Shown piece after piece: positions 1-12,012 of a stretch of DNA of 64,000 bases. The DNA lies in contig OZ361256.1 of the NCBI GenBank assembly GCA_977018835.1, positions 2,170,001-2,234,000 of the forward strand, in the 5' to 3' direction. The translations under genes and the position numbers were made by a program. Within the stretch, counting starts at the first letter, position 1, and each line of letters opens with the position of its first letter. The notes under the pieces were generated by a model. The model worked only from the letters and a program-made list of their open reading frames with translations. It was not told the origin of the DNA and did not search any database. This DNA is from Minutocellus sp. GHC0000111 (lineage: Eukaryota).

Positions 1-11
1 CTAATTTGTAG

Positions 12-2257
12 ACGAACTCGATAACGAGAATGGGGAGTTGGACACGTCGCTGCCGCTCGAGCTGGCAGAGAGCATGGCGGCGCTAAATGCCTTTGGTGGC
101 TTTGGTGGGAATGAGGAACAACCGCACAGGAGGGGCGTGAAAGCTACTTCTCCTGGTGGCGAGCGTAACGACGCAATGGGAAATAATTATCACTCCTCTG
201 GCAATTTGCCGGATAATGTTTATGCAGACGGACTAGGAGATTCGGATGGACAAGAGGAGGCTTCCAGTAGCGTGCAATATGTCGGAGACGAAACGTTGGA
301 CGAATCTGCCAATTTTGAATACTCGCTCGATGCCGGTGACCAGGACCTCACACCCGAACGGTTGTCCAGGCCGTCGCACTCGTTCACTCCTTCGCCACCG
401 TCAAGAGAAAAGGAACCGACAGCGGTAGCTCGAACGGCAAATGATGATGCGTATACCACAACAGATGATGATGCTACGGAGGATGGCAAACCATTGTCAG
501 GTCGGAGATATTTTGAGGAGGAGGAGGAAGATTCCGTAGACCAGCGGGTGGATGAAGATGCTTTCACAGATGCGGATGCATCGGTACCCGAGCACGTTGT
601 TGATAATGTTGAACTAGACGGTATGCAAAATTTGGACAGGGGCATGCTGGAGGAGGGGGTGGGGTACGAAGAGGATGAGGACGACAGAGATATCGTACGG
701 ACGGATACCGATTTGAGCGGGATAAGTGATCCTATCAATGGCCTGAAGGAAGAGAATCCGGAGGTCAAACCCGTGACAAGTGATCTCGATGTCCTTAATG
801 AGCACAATGGTAGTAGTAAAGACGAACATGATGAAAAAGTTGACGATGATAGTGGTGGTGATAGTCAAGATGCTACAGAGCTAGATATTGCCACCTCCAA
901 TGCTGACGACAAAGATCGTCCATCGACCCCACCGGTCGCTGATTTGGCTGCCCAGACTGCACAGACACCTACTTCCGCTCAAGACACAACACAAGCAGCT
1001 GCATTTTCGAGTGATGTGGGGAAGTACTTTAATGACAAATCGGGTCCCAGTGATGTGGATAACGATGAGAAGGAAGGTCCGAGTGCTTGGTTATCCAAAT
1101 TATAGGCGGATGAGTCCTTAATTGCCGTCAACATAGATGCCGAGCGAATTGTGATGATGGAAGATACCGATCTCAAGCCGGCAGTGCAAGAGCCTGAACT
1201 CGATGGTGAACCGGCATTTTTATCTGTTAAAAAGAAGCGAGCTCCAAAGTCTTCCAGTACCGATTCCGGCGGTGCTGTAGCTAGCACTGGCAAGCCGGTC
1301 CCTCCTACTGCTCCTGGTACTGTCACAAGCAGCAGCCCCTCTCTAGATTCCGCCCCGGCATTCCCCGTAGTATCGACAAAAGGCGATGCACACGAAGGCA
1401 AAAGTCGGTCAACAGATCCTCCGGGGAAACCACCGCTCCCTTCGAACGGGCCAGAAAGAGCCCCACCGAAACGTAGTTCTGCACCGCAAGAAGCAGATTC
1501 TGAAGAAACCTCGGCTTTGGTTAGCAAAAAAGAAGCAGATCAAATAGTCTCGACTGGTTCAAGCAGTAGCAGAAAGGTCGATCCCGATATCAAAGCTGAA
1601 GCCAAGCCAGAAGCACCGGTAGGCCTCCTTCGTGGGTGGTCTGAGCCTTCGCGATCAGAGCCTTCCCAGACGGAGTCACAATCGTCCGTCGGTGAGGTGG
1701 ATGACTTGCCATCGGATGCTTCGGCACTGCCCGACGCCCGACCAATTCTGGCCCGTGGCAACATCTTAACACGCTCATCTCTCCGATCATTGGTGATGAA
1801 GAAGTGGCATTCGTCATTTTGGGTTCGGTATGGACCCACATCCCTCCTTGTATTTCGATCCAAAGACGATTTTGAGGATTGGTTGAACAATCCCTACCAT
1901 TCTCAACGCCAAAGAGATTATCTTGTAAAGGCAAGGCTTGACTTTTTCGGTGAGATGAAGAAGCCAGATGTACGAGGATTCAAGATGACGGATATCAAAC
2001 TCAAGTCGTATGAAAAGAAGGGCCGGCCGATGCACAACTTTAAGCTGGAGAAATGGACGAATCTGGGCGTTAGCCTTGTTGCTGCCTTTGCTTCACCTGA
2101 TCTTGCCGAAGTAGAGGCCGTTCGTGATGCCGTCACCCAAAGCCTGGAAATGTGCCCATCTCACGGCTTGCGAAATATTGACGATCTTCTGGTAAAGACT
2201 GCGTCCGAGAGGGCTCAGGAACTCATGAGCAAAAACAAGGGCCTCAAGGATCCTTGA
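12..2257 (+). CDS. Acidic low-complexity protein with C-terminal PH-like domain; 5' partial; in-frame TAG at 1103-1105
   Basis: ORFs 38-1105 and 1151-2257 are in the same frame, separated by one TAG. A possible splice acceptor (tttgtag) ends at 11. The C-terminal domain (MKKWHSSFWVRYGP..DFEDWLNNPY..FKLEKW..AAFASPD) is shared with the gene at 14208-16547. Confidence 0.65.
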
Positions 2258-2578
2258 TAGACAGGTATATGTAATTTTGTCATACTGATCAATTGGCTAA
2301 GAATAGAAATTAAATAGAACTTTTTTGTAGATGAAAGGCCTCTGTGGTGCTGCCTCTTTCCCGTTGCCGTTACCGGTCTTTGTGCATCAATCTCTCTGTT
2401 GTTGCTTTTGAACAACTCTCTTGGCTGGTACCGGTGCCCTAAGGGAATTCGGGGTAAGGCCAATCTTCGCACGGGATGAGCATCCTATTTTCTCATTTTT
2501 GTTTTGCGCTCCATGTGGAACATCGGTTCTTGAGGCAAAGATACCTTGCGAACCAATCCAACTTGATAACGGTGTACC

Positions 2579-3613
2579 ATGCCATCCGCTTCTCCCGCTT
2601 GGAAAGTAGAAAATGAGGGGAGCTTCGCTTCGGTTTGCGTTGGCCTGCCACCTGGCACTGGAATCCACTGCGAATCCGATGCCGTCGTGACCATGTCACA
2701 GAGTGTTGATGTTCGTGGTGTTATCTCGGGAGGTATTCTTGCTGGGTTGGCAAGGGCCTTCTTGACTCGTGAATCTTTCTTCACAACCCGCGTAGAGAAT
2801 ACTTCGCTGGAGGCTCCCGGCGATGTGCTGATCGCTCCGTCGGACCCTGGGGGTATTGCTTTGCATCGACTGTTCCGCGGGGATGAGATGATGCTGACAA
2901 GTGGCGCATATCTGGCGGCTGACGAATCGGTCCATGTCGAGTCTGCACTACAAGGACAGCTCGGAAATTCGTTGCTCTCGGGAACTGGTTTCTTTCTACT
3001 GAGGGCATCTGGTGAGGGCAATCTTGCAATAGCTGCATATGGATCGATGCATAAGTACATATTGGCAGTCGGTGAGAAGCGGATGATCGACAATGGTCAC
3101 TTGGTTGCTTGGACTGCATCGATGAAATATCGCATGAAGCTTGCCAGTGCACGAGCTGGTTTTCTTGGCTCTCTGACAAGTGGCGAGGGCTTACATTGCA
3201 AGTTCGAAGGTCCAGGTGTGATTTACATCCAGAGCCACAAGCCAAGCATGGGTGGAGATGGTAATAGCAGTGGTAGCTCAAGGCCAAAGAGTGGTGGCAG
3301 CGGTGGTGGAGGTGGACCCATTGGCGCTTGCATCGGAATGATGTTTTTCCTTTTTGTGCTCGGAGTTGTCTTCGCTGCATCGTCAGGGTTACTGGATGGG
3401 ATCGAATTCCAGACCGGCCCGACTTCGAGTCCAACGAGGCGATACCGAAAGTATAGCACCTACGAACAGCATGGAGGAGGACAGCAGCAGCAGCGCCACC
3501 AGCAGCAGCAATATCAACAACAGCAGCAACAACAAAGGAGGCAATACGGTGGTGCTGGCTACAATAATCAGCGAGGTGGTGGCAATAATGACTACTATGA
3601 TGGTGAGCTCTAG
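2579..3613 (+). CDS. AIM24 / TIGR00266-family protein with C-terminal TM helix and Q/G-rich tail
   Basis: Motifs ESDAVVTMS, ESFF, APSDPGGI, SGTGFFLLRASGEG, IDNGHLVAW, TSGEGLHCKFEGPGVIYIQSH. Confidence 0.85.
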   Translation: MPSASPAWKVENEGSFASVCVGLPPGTGIHCESDAVVTMSQSVDVRGVISGGILAGLARAFLTRESFFTTRVENTSLEAPGDVLIAPSDPGGIALHRLFRGDEMMLTSGAYLAADESVHVESALQGQLGNSLLSGTGFFLLRASGEGNLAIAAYGSMHKYILAVGEKRMIDNGHLVAWTASMKYRMKLASARAGFLGSLTSGEGLHCKFEGPGVIYIQSHKPSMGGDGNSSGSSRPKSGGSGGGGGPIGACIGMMFFLFVLGVVFAASSGLLDGIEFQTGPTSSPTRRYRKYSTYEQHGGGQQQQRHQQQQYQQQQQQQRRQYGGAGYNNQRGGGNNDYYDGEL

Positions 3614-3789
3614 CAATGTAGCTCTACAAATGTAGAGAAGAGAGCTGCTGGCGGCAAAGAAGAAATGGGCCGACGGACATGTGTACGTACGTAGGATTTG
3701 TACCTATTCACATTATGGTGGCTGTACTTTTAAAATAGAGCCACATCGAAGCTCACGATCACGCGCTCACGCGCTCATATCATATCAAG

Positions 3790-6700
3790 ATGGTGACCAC
3801 CGAGAACGAACGAGAAGCAGGGGCACGAGGACGTTGTTGTGACGGACGCGGTGGGTGTGATGGGGCATACACTGCCGAAGATAAGGGCAGCGGGTCTCAG
3901 GCAACTTCTTATTGCTGTGCCGGCGAGGCTGAGGGCTCCTGCTGCGAGGCAAAGCAAGAGCCCTGCTGCGCATCCTCCAGCTGTCACGACCAAGGCAGTA
4001 ATGTTGAGGGACCGGAACCACTCCGATGTATAGCCGTGGTTCGCCCGGATCATTCTGCCGTCGATGTCTACGATTCTAAGGGTAGATCTCGAACATTTCG
4101 GCCTGCCCGAAAGACGAAATCGGGAGGAGCTACGACGGCGTCCGCCGGTGGCGCTGATGCCATCACCGAGGTTTCGCACAAGATATGCTACTCGACACAC
4201 GGTGTTGGCAATGGGGCCGATGGTCTCCTTTCGCCCTGCTTCGATGAGAATGGAGAACACGGGGAACCGGAGGAGACTTGCTTCTGTGGCATTGATGACC
4301 CTCATTTGCATGCTCATGTCTATGATCCCGAACGATGTGGCAATGATGATATCAGAAACGATCGGAAATGTTGTGACGACAACGCATGCGAATCCGAAGG
4401 TGCAAGTAGCGGATGTTGTCAGGAGCGTGACTCTGGCAAAATCAAGAAGGAGGTTGACATTTCATTTCTTGCCCAGTTGACTTTGCATCCTGATCCCGAC
4501 GATACCGACGATGCTGATAGTACTGCCGATGATGTTATGCTTTCATCGAGCCATTCGGTCAAAATGCCCATCAACGAAAGCCTTCCAAAGCAGTGCAATG
4601 GCTCTGACATCCAGCGACAATTGAAGCAGATGGGGATGAAGCTAACAAATTGGGGGCAGTGGAAACCAGACAGCAATGGTCAAGAGCATCAGCAGGGCAG
4701 TAAGAGCTACGATCGGCTCTTTCGTGTTGAGCACGAGGACCATACAGACTACCTCCTTCATGACGAAGTCACCGGCGATTTACAACTGCAACATCCTTGT
4801 GAAGGGTGTGGGGTAAATGACATTCACGGCCGGTTCCGACTTCTCCATTCCAGAAGTTGGATGGATGATGGGACCGAGGCAAAGGCTGCGCCTAGAAGGA
4901 AGGGATCGCAAGAAATCCAGCTTAGCTTTTATCAAGCACGGAAAGAGCCGTTCAAACTTTTCGACATTGTGAAGGACTTCACGGATCGTCACGCACAGTT
5001 CGTCGAACTTGAGACGGGCCGTACCCATGCCGCAAGAGTTGTCATTAACGACTCTTTTGTCGATGCAGGAGATGGAGTAACACCCGCTGGAGTTGGAGAA
5101 GAAGCTGGTGGTGCTGAGAATAGAGTTGGAAAATCGCAGTTATTTGTCGAAAAGATTTGTTGCGCCTCTGAACTGCCTGCGATCAATGCCATTGTCGGTC
5201 CTATCGATGGTGTCGTCGACTTCAAGGTCAATACTACTACCAAGACTCTTTATATCAACCACGATGTGGATGTTGTCTCGGCTGATGACATTGTCAACGC
5301 CCTGAACGAACAAAGATTTGGTGCCCATGTGAGGAAAGATGCTGCTCTGGAATTGGCTCAAAAAGCTGGCATTCCTACAGACTGCTTCGTCGAATCGACA
5401 TTTAAAGTTCCGGGAGACCAGGTTTTCCCGTCGGAAAATGACGCCGATGCAATCAGAGCTTGCCTTGCAGAGAAAGTTTCAGAGAGTTATGTCCAAAGTA
5501 TATGCGTTGCTGTCGACAAGAAGAGTTTACTACTGGAACACAACCCCTACTACCTGAATGCTTCGAGTATCGCCGAAATCCTACAAAAGCACGGCCATCG
5601 AGTTGAAATATCATCGGATGGCGCCGCCGATGGTATGTGGCCCTTGTCACACATGAAAAAGGACGAAACTACTGAAGATATCGAGCATCAAAAGTCATCT
5701 GTGAGATGGCCCGTCATCTTGAGCGGGATATTCTGGGCCATCTCCATGCTATCTTTCATTGGAGGTAACTGGGCGTACCTCAAATATGTTGCTCTTCTAT
5801 CGGTCGCGTTTGGACTACCTGCCATAGCACAAAAGGCCTACCGGACTCTTCGACAATGCCGATTCGATGCTAATGCAATGATGCTGTTTGCGGCTCTTGG
5901 AGCCGTGGCGCTCCAAGAGTATACCGAAGCAGCAGCCGTTACTTTCCTTTTCGCGATATCGGAATCACTGGAAACTCGAGCTACAGCCAGGGCGAGAAAT
6001 GCTCTCGCTGCCATTGTTTGCCTTCGTCCTGAGCGAGCCAGTGTGATCAACCCCATAACAAAGGACATTGTTGTTCTCCCATCAAATGCTGTGGCCGTTG
6101 GCACGCTTGTTTCCGTAAGTACTGGATCCATGATTCCGTGTGATGGGATCGTTTTCGAAGGCAAATCAACAGTAGACGAATCCAGCTTGACTGGAGAAAG
6201 TCGGCCGGTTCACAAGGGCATTGGCAGTGCTGTCTCGGGTGGGACACTGAATTCGGGTTCCACCCGTCTCATTGTCAAGACGACAAGTACCTCAAATAAT
6301 TCGGCAATTGCACGGCTTATCCGCCTTGTGGAGGAGGCGCAGGCCAACAGGAGTGAAACCGAAAAGCTTGTCGACGCATTCGCGAAAGTGTACACTCCTA
6401 TTGTTCTTCTTACGGCAGTTTGTATGTGTACCATTCCGTGGGCTTTTGGTCCAGAGACGGGTAGATTTTGGACTCACAATGGCCTAGTTGCCATAGTAAT
6501 CGCTTGTCCCTGCGCGCTCATCATCTCAACTCCAGTCACTTACGTTGCTGGTCTCGCCGCGGCAGCACAAAAGGGTATAATTGTAAAAGGAGGAGCGCAC
6601 TTGGAGGCGATGGCTGGTACTAGGCAGATTTCATTTGACAAGACCGGCACGCTTTCGGAAGGTATATTCGAACTTCTCCATTTCAATGGGATCAGAACAA

Positions 6701-7948
6701 CAAGATCTCGCAAAGAAGTTCTAGCATATCTTGCTTTAATGGAGGCTCCGGCAAGCCATCCCCTTTCGGATGCACTTGTGAAGGGAGCAGCAAACGAACA
6801 AGTGGCCGTTCCTACGAAGTTGGAGCTGAAGAATCACAGCATTCTACCTGGCGAAGGGATCACGGCCCTTGTTCAAGGGAAACAAGTTCACGTAGGCAAC
6901 GAGAAATTGTTCCAGCGATTAAATCTATTCTCTGATTTGGATCAGGTTGATGTTGATATTGCAGAAGAGTGGGCGAATTCTGGCGGTTCTGTCGGCTTCA
7001 TTTCCATAGAAGGTGAGGGCATCGTCGGTGCGTATTGCGTTGCCGATCGCATCAGAAACGAAGCAGTGGATGTCGTGAAATCTCTTCAAAGAATGGGAAT
7101 AGACGTGACAATGCTTACTGGTGACCAACGACGAGCTGCTACTGGCATCGGGCACCAAGTTGGTCTCCAAGATGAACACATCAAGAGTCAGCTCCTTCCG
7201 GAGGATAAGCTGGCGTATATTTCCAGCGAAGTTGAAGCAAATAAGGCAAAGAAAAAGTGCTGGACCCGAAAATCAAAGGTAATGATGGTAGGAGATGGCG
7301 TCAATGATGCACCCGCACTGGCTTTGGCTGATGTCTCGGTGGCGATGGGAGAAGGAGCAGCTTTGGCGATGGAAACAGCAGATGTTACATTATTGGACTC
7401 CAATCTCAAGAAGCTGCTTTATATCATACGCATGGGCCGTCGTGTTGTTCGAACCATCATCGAAAATGTTACTTTTAGCTTGGCAACTAAAGCCATCGTC
7501 ATGGGATTCGCTTTTGCGGGAAGGGCAGGTAAGTTTCTGTGTTATTTTTGTGCTTCATCTCTAACTACGCACCACACAAGAATCGCATGTGACAATATTA
7601 ATGCGTGCACTAAAAATATTGAATTGAATTTGTTTGATTCTTTTCTTTTTACAACTCCATCAAGGTCTCTGGGCGGCTATTGCAACCGATGTCGGTTCGA
7701 TGTTAATTGTGACTCTGAACGGAATGAAACTTCTTCCTTCTTCTCACAAAGTCAGGCAAAATGAGTTGAGGGCGAGAATGGGTAGGGCCGTTGGTGAAAG
7801 TCGGAGATCTTCTGTGAGTGAACCTCTCCTGGAAGTCTCCAACAATTCTGATACCGATGGCTTTGTCGATGAGGATCGACCCTGTTGCTCAAGTGGTGGC
7901 TGCAATTCAAACGATGGCACCCGTTGCAATGCAATAGAAGTAATTTAG
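3790..7948 (+). CDS. HMA: P1B-type heavy-metal (Zn/Cd) transporting ATPase; intron 7529-7664
   Basis: ICCASE HMA domain, LTGES, CPC, DKTGT, SHP, MLTGD and GDGVNDAP motifs. Splicing the GT-AG intron restores AGRAG-LWAAIATDVGSML. Confidence 0.95.
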
Positions 7949-8028
7949 TTTATGCATTAATAGCTTGTAGAGTACTAGCAGTAAAACGATCCTACATGTC
8001 GACTAGTTTTGGCTATTATTACGGTCAC

Positions 8029-8370
8029 TCATTTGTCCGTAGAAATAACAATATATGCGTAAAGAACTCCAGGAAAATATCCAAAGAGGGTCAGGATGAG
8101 ACTGATGAGGAATTCGGTGCTCTTGCAGCCAAACTGCCAGTAAATTTCTGTACATAGCATGAAGAAGAGGATGCCCTTTTAGATGTTCTTTCTTAGAAAC
8201 AATATTATGTTGCAATGTTTAAACAGTATATGTAAAACTATCTTATCATGCTTCCCAATCAGTCTTGCAACTCACCAAGCGGAGGGATGAAGTAAGCGCA
8301 ACAAAGGCCCACACCTTTTCCCGGGATGGTAACGTACGTCATTTTCTTGATTCTCCTCGTCTCGAGCCAT
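8029..8370 (-). pseudogene. PMP3: PMP3/UPF0057 proteolipid paralog with 4-bp insertion (possibly rescued by ATG at 8342); intron 8148-8275
   Basis: Same exon structure as the copy at 12013-12364. GACGT-ACGT-T duplication near 8332-8339 shifts the frame from the ATG at 8370. Exon 2 reads IYWQFGCKSTEFLISLILTLFGYFPGVLYAYIVISTDK*. Confidence 0.75.
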
Positions 8371-8601
8371 GGTGGTCGAATTGAATTGATAATTCTCACT
8401 TTTGATTTTTATGGCGCGGTCCAAGGTTGGCAGGTAATGGCAAAGCAAAGGAGGGGCAGGTTGAGGCAATTATTTTCTCGAGATGCTGCTATTGCCGAGC
8501 GGCAAGGTGGCTGCTATTGCCGATGATGGGCGGGAGGCAGACTACAGAGGGTTTTTTCCTCCTGCGCGACGGACAGACGAAGAGTCATTTTTGGCGGGAT
8601 G

Positions 8602-8655
8602 GATGGAAAAGACGGTCTGCCTGAAATCGATGGAAAAGACGGTCTGCCTGAAATC
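8602..8655. repeat. 27-bp perfect tandem duplication (gatggaaaagacggtctgcctgaaatc)x2 in divergent intergenic region
   Basis: Directly visible. Confidence 0.9.
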
Positions 8656-8756
8656 AAAGGGCCAACATCCGCCGCACGATCCAGCATTCCAGTACCGAGC
8701 TTGAGCATACCGTTTACCAAGGAGAGGTGTTAGAGATAGAACCGAATCAATTGCTG

Positions 8757-10118
8757 ATGCTTCTGATATCCCGAATTTTGATCGCTCCGATTTGTTTTCT
8801 CTTCTTCGCGCCATTTGCTCATTCTCAGGATGTGAGCGGTGCCGAGAAAGAAACGCCACTGACATCGACGCCCACTGCATACCCAACGGGCACCACTGAG
8901 CCAACAGATTATGATTTTTCCAATTCATTAGAAGTGTTCGATCAAGAGGATCCTTCATTTCCTATCAGTTGCAATGGTTTTGCTCTCGAAAATGGCACAA
9001 CGACAATCATCGACTCGGAAGAAACTTGTAAGGAGGCTTGCGCCGATCGACACTTGTACTACTGGCCCTATTTTGACCATGATCATTTCCAATACACTAG
9101 TTTCGACCGCGTCTATGATGATGATGGCGTCGTCAATAGAAGCGCGATTAGTGCAGTCGGGGAATGCACTTGTGATGACTACGTTGCTCGTGGTGAAAAA
9201 TTGTGCGGTCCGACTGAGTATCTGGTCGAAGTCCCAGAGGAGCCTTTACCTCCGTGCAGTGACATTGGCGTAGAATACTTTTCGGCGTGCTCTAGGACAT
9301 GCTCTTCTCTCTATCCGACCGATAACTACTACCGTGACTATGACTGGAGGTCGGATTGGTCCTTTTCTCGAGGGCAGTACCGACAGAGCTGCACTTGTGT
9401 TTTGAACGAAAGAATTCGAGTAGAAATTTGTGACGGATTCGGTCCAAAGTACAATCCCAATGGAAGCTATGATTATGGTGATGAAGGCCACAATATTTTT
9501 CCATTTCTCGTCATCCTAGCCGTGTTTGGACTCGGGGCGTGTTTGTGTGTGGTGAAGAAGTCACCCAATGAACAAGACCCGGCCCTAACAGAGTATCGTC
9601 AGCAGCAGCAAAGGAGACAACAGGCTGCTACGAGTGCAAATGCGAGTCAGCCGACAGAAGAAGAACTGGCGGCGCGAGGAGATATCGTTCGTTCTAATTT
9701 ATTCTCTCATACTCTCACGGAGGACGATGATGTAAAGAATTTTACTTCGATCATCTCGAGCATATCAAGTTCAGCGTTTAGCCGTAATAATGCTGATGAT
9801 GGGAATGGGGCAGTCTCGTCGTCACCACCGACAAGTGGAGACGGCACCGGATTTCTAGACACCTTGCGTTCATCACTTTCAAGCAAACGGCTGAGCATTC
9901 GCTCTATAAACCAAAGGGCTGAGTGTAGTATTTGTCTGATGGGATATTCAGCGGATGAGACAATATCCTGGGCAAAGGAGGAGGGGTGTGATCATGTGTA
10001 TCATCAGGAATGCATCGTGGGCTGGTTATCAACGGCCAAGCGCGATGGCTCGCTTCATGACTCATGCCCATTGTGCCGAACCAAGCTTGTGACGGAAACA
10101 AATGTTGGTGAGGCTTGA
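8757..10118 (+). CDS. Type I membrane RING-H2 (C3H2C3) E3-ligase-like protein with Cys-rich ectodomain, copy A
   Basis: Signal peptide MLLISRILIAPICFLFFAPFAHS, TM segment IFPFLVILAVFGLGACLCVV, RING CSIC..CDHVYHQECI..CPLC. Confidence 0.85.
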   Translation: MLLISRILIAPICFLFFAPFAHSQDVSGAEKETPLTSTPTAYPTGTTEPTDYDFSNSLEVFDQEDPSFPISCNGFALENGTTTIIDSEETCKEACADRHLYYWPYFDHDHFQYTSFDRVYDDDGVVNRSAISAVGECTCDDYVARGEKLCGPTEYLVEVPEEPLPPCSDIGVEYFSACSRTCSSLYPTDNYYRDYDWRSDWSFSRGQYRQSCTCVLNERIRVEICDGFGPKYNPNGSYDYGDEGHNIFPFLVILAVFGLGACLCVVKKSPNEQDPALTEYRQQQQRRQQAATSANASQPTEEELAARGDIVRSNLFSHTLTEDDDVKNFTSIISSISSSAFSRNNADDGNGAVSSSPPTSGDGTGFLDTLRSSLSSKRLSIRSINQRAECSICLMGYSADETISWAKEEGCDHVYHQECIVGWLSTAKRDGSLHDSCPLCRTKLVTETNVGEA

Positions 10119-10396
10119 TAACCTTAGTTCAAAACCTTTAGGGTTCTCTGTTCTTGCTTGTCCCGATCCCAAACGTATCAAAATTGCCCGGAAAGCATAA
10201 ACTGCTGGGGTGAGTGAGTCGAGTCAGTCGAGTCCCACCTGCACCCGCCCGAGAAAAGCAGGTTTTCAGTTTTCAGGTTGCTTGGTCGGTGGCGTGAACG
10301 AATGATGATTCGATTCATTCATTCATTTTCTGCGCTCAAGTCGATACACTATTGTTATCTGCCTCTCATTCGGCCATTGCATTGCTGTTACGACAG

Positions 10397-11776
10397 ATGA
10401 AATCTTCGACGAAATTATGCAGAAGAGCATCCACCTCGATTTGCCTTCTACTCTTGGCGCAACAGGCGAATTCGCAGAATTTGAACAGAACAGAGCAAGA
10501 AAGCATGGTCGAGCCGACACCGACGCCGACGCCCACAACTTATCCAACGGGAACCATTGCGCCTACAGACCAAGGTACAGTAGATCCAGAAACAGAGCCA
10601 CCGTTAGCTATCAGCTGCAAAGAATTTATTCTCAGTGATGGCAGTACGACGACTGTCGACTCCGAAACATCCTGCGAACGAGCTTGCACTGAGAGGAACT
10701 CATATCAGTATTATTGGCCATCTTGGGACCATGATCATTTTCAATACACTGAATTTAATTGGAAGGAAGATAGTTCTGGTAATAAGCTGTGGATTGTTGG
10801 ATTAGGCCAATGTTCGTGTGACTATGCGAGCCAGGCCCGGCCCCAAATTCTGTGTGGTCCTACAAAGTATCGATTGCCAATCCCACAAGAGCCTTTGCCT
10901 CAATGCAGTGACATTGGAATTGAATACACGTCAGCCTGTTCTCGGAAATGCGCCGAGCTCTATCCGAGCGATCACTACTACCGTAGTTATGATTGGAGCT
11001 CGGATTGGTCCTTTTCACAGGGCAGATATCGAAAATCTTGCACGTGTATTCTGAATGATAGCATCAGTGTTGAAATATGTGATGGATTCGGGCCAAAGAG
11101 CAACCCCAATGGGAGCTACAACTATAGTGATGAGGGCCACAGTATTTTCCCACACTTGGTCATTCTAGCAATATTGGGTGTTGGCGGTTGCATTTGTGCT
11201 GTGAAAAAGTCTCCCAATGAACAAGAACAGGCCTTGTCTCAATATCGGCAGCAGCAACAACGGAGACGAGAGACAGGCGTAAATCCTGCTGCAGTCGGAC
11301 CTTCGAACGCAAATACAGGGCAGCCGACAGAAGCAGAGTTGGAGGCACGAGGGGATGTCGTCCGTTCCAGCTTGTTTTCTCATACTCTGAGTGAAGATGA
11401 TGATATTAAGAATTTGGCTTCGATCATCTCATCATCAACAACAAGAATGACCAATAGAGAGGGTATCGAAAACGAGCCAGCTTCATCACCTTCGAGCGAA
11501 GATGGTGTCGGATTTTTCGATACTCTACGCTCGGCATTATCGACCAATAGATCGAGTATCCGTTCTTCCAATAAGGTGGAATGTAGTATTTGTTTGATGG
11601 AATACGGAGCGCGAGAGATCATATCCTGGGCAAAGGACGAAGCTTGCGATCATGTATACCATCAGGAATGCATCGTCGGCTGGCTATCGACAGCCAAGCG
11701 TGATGGAACGCTTCATGACTCATGCCCTTTGTGCAGGACAAAGCTGCTTACGGACACAAATGTTGGCGATGCCTGA
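10397..11776 (+). CDS. Type I membrane RING-H2 protein, copy B (tandem paralog)
   Basis: Same architecture as copy A, with near-identical RING and ectodomain Cys pattern. Confidence 0.85.
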   Translation: MKSSTKLCRRASTSICLLLLAQQANSQNLNRTEQESMVEPTPTPTPTTYPTGTIAPTDQGTVDPETEPPLAISCKEFILSDGSTTTVDSETSCERACTERNSYQYYWPSWDHDHFQYTEFNWKEDSSGNKLWIVGLGQCSCDYASQARPQILCGPTKYRLPIPQEPLPQCSDIGIEYTSACSRKCAELYPSDHYYRSYDWSSDWSFSQGRYRKSCTCILNDSISVEICDGFGPKSNPNGSYNYSDEGHSIFPHLVILAILGVGGCICAVKKSPNEQEQALSQYRQQQQRRRETGVNPAAVGPSNANTGQPTEAELEARGDVVRSSLFSHTLSEDDDIKNLASIISSSTTRMTNREGIENEPASSPSSEDGVGFFDTLRSALSTNRSSIRSSNKVECSICLMEYGAREIISWAKDEACDHVYHQECIVGWLSTAKRDGTLHDSCPLCRTKLLTDTNVGDA

Positions 11777-12012
11777 TTCTTCCATGTATGTAGATCTCTA
11801 TATATAACTTGCTAGAGTATCATATTTGTTACGACGAAATAACCTCGCAAGAGACAACTAAAATTTTCTGCACTTCTTTGAAATAACACACATTCCAACG
11901 ATCATTTTATAACTAGTATTTTGGTTTTGGGGCATCTCTTTGGTTTCCGTCTTTGCTATGTTATCCATGTGAACTCGTGCAGTGTACCGTGAACACAAAA
12001 CGAGACTCTTTA

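Noticed and set aside
1077..1105. Micro-intron removing the TAG at 1103
   Set aside because: Nearby GT..AG candidates are only 16-29 nt, versus ~90-175 nt for other introns here, and do not preserve frame. Stop-codon reassignment is also unsupported, since TAG and TAA end many genes normally.
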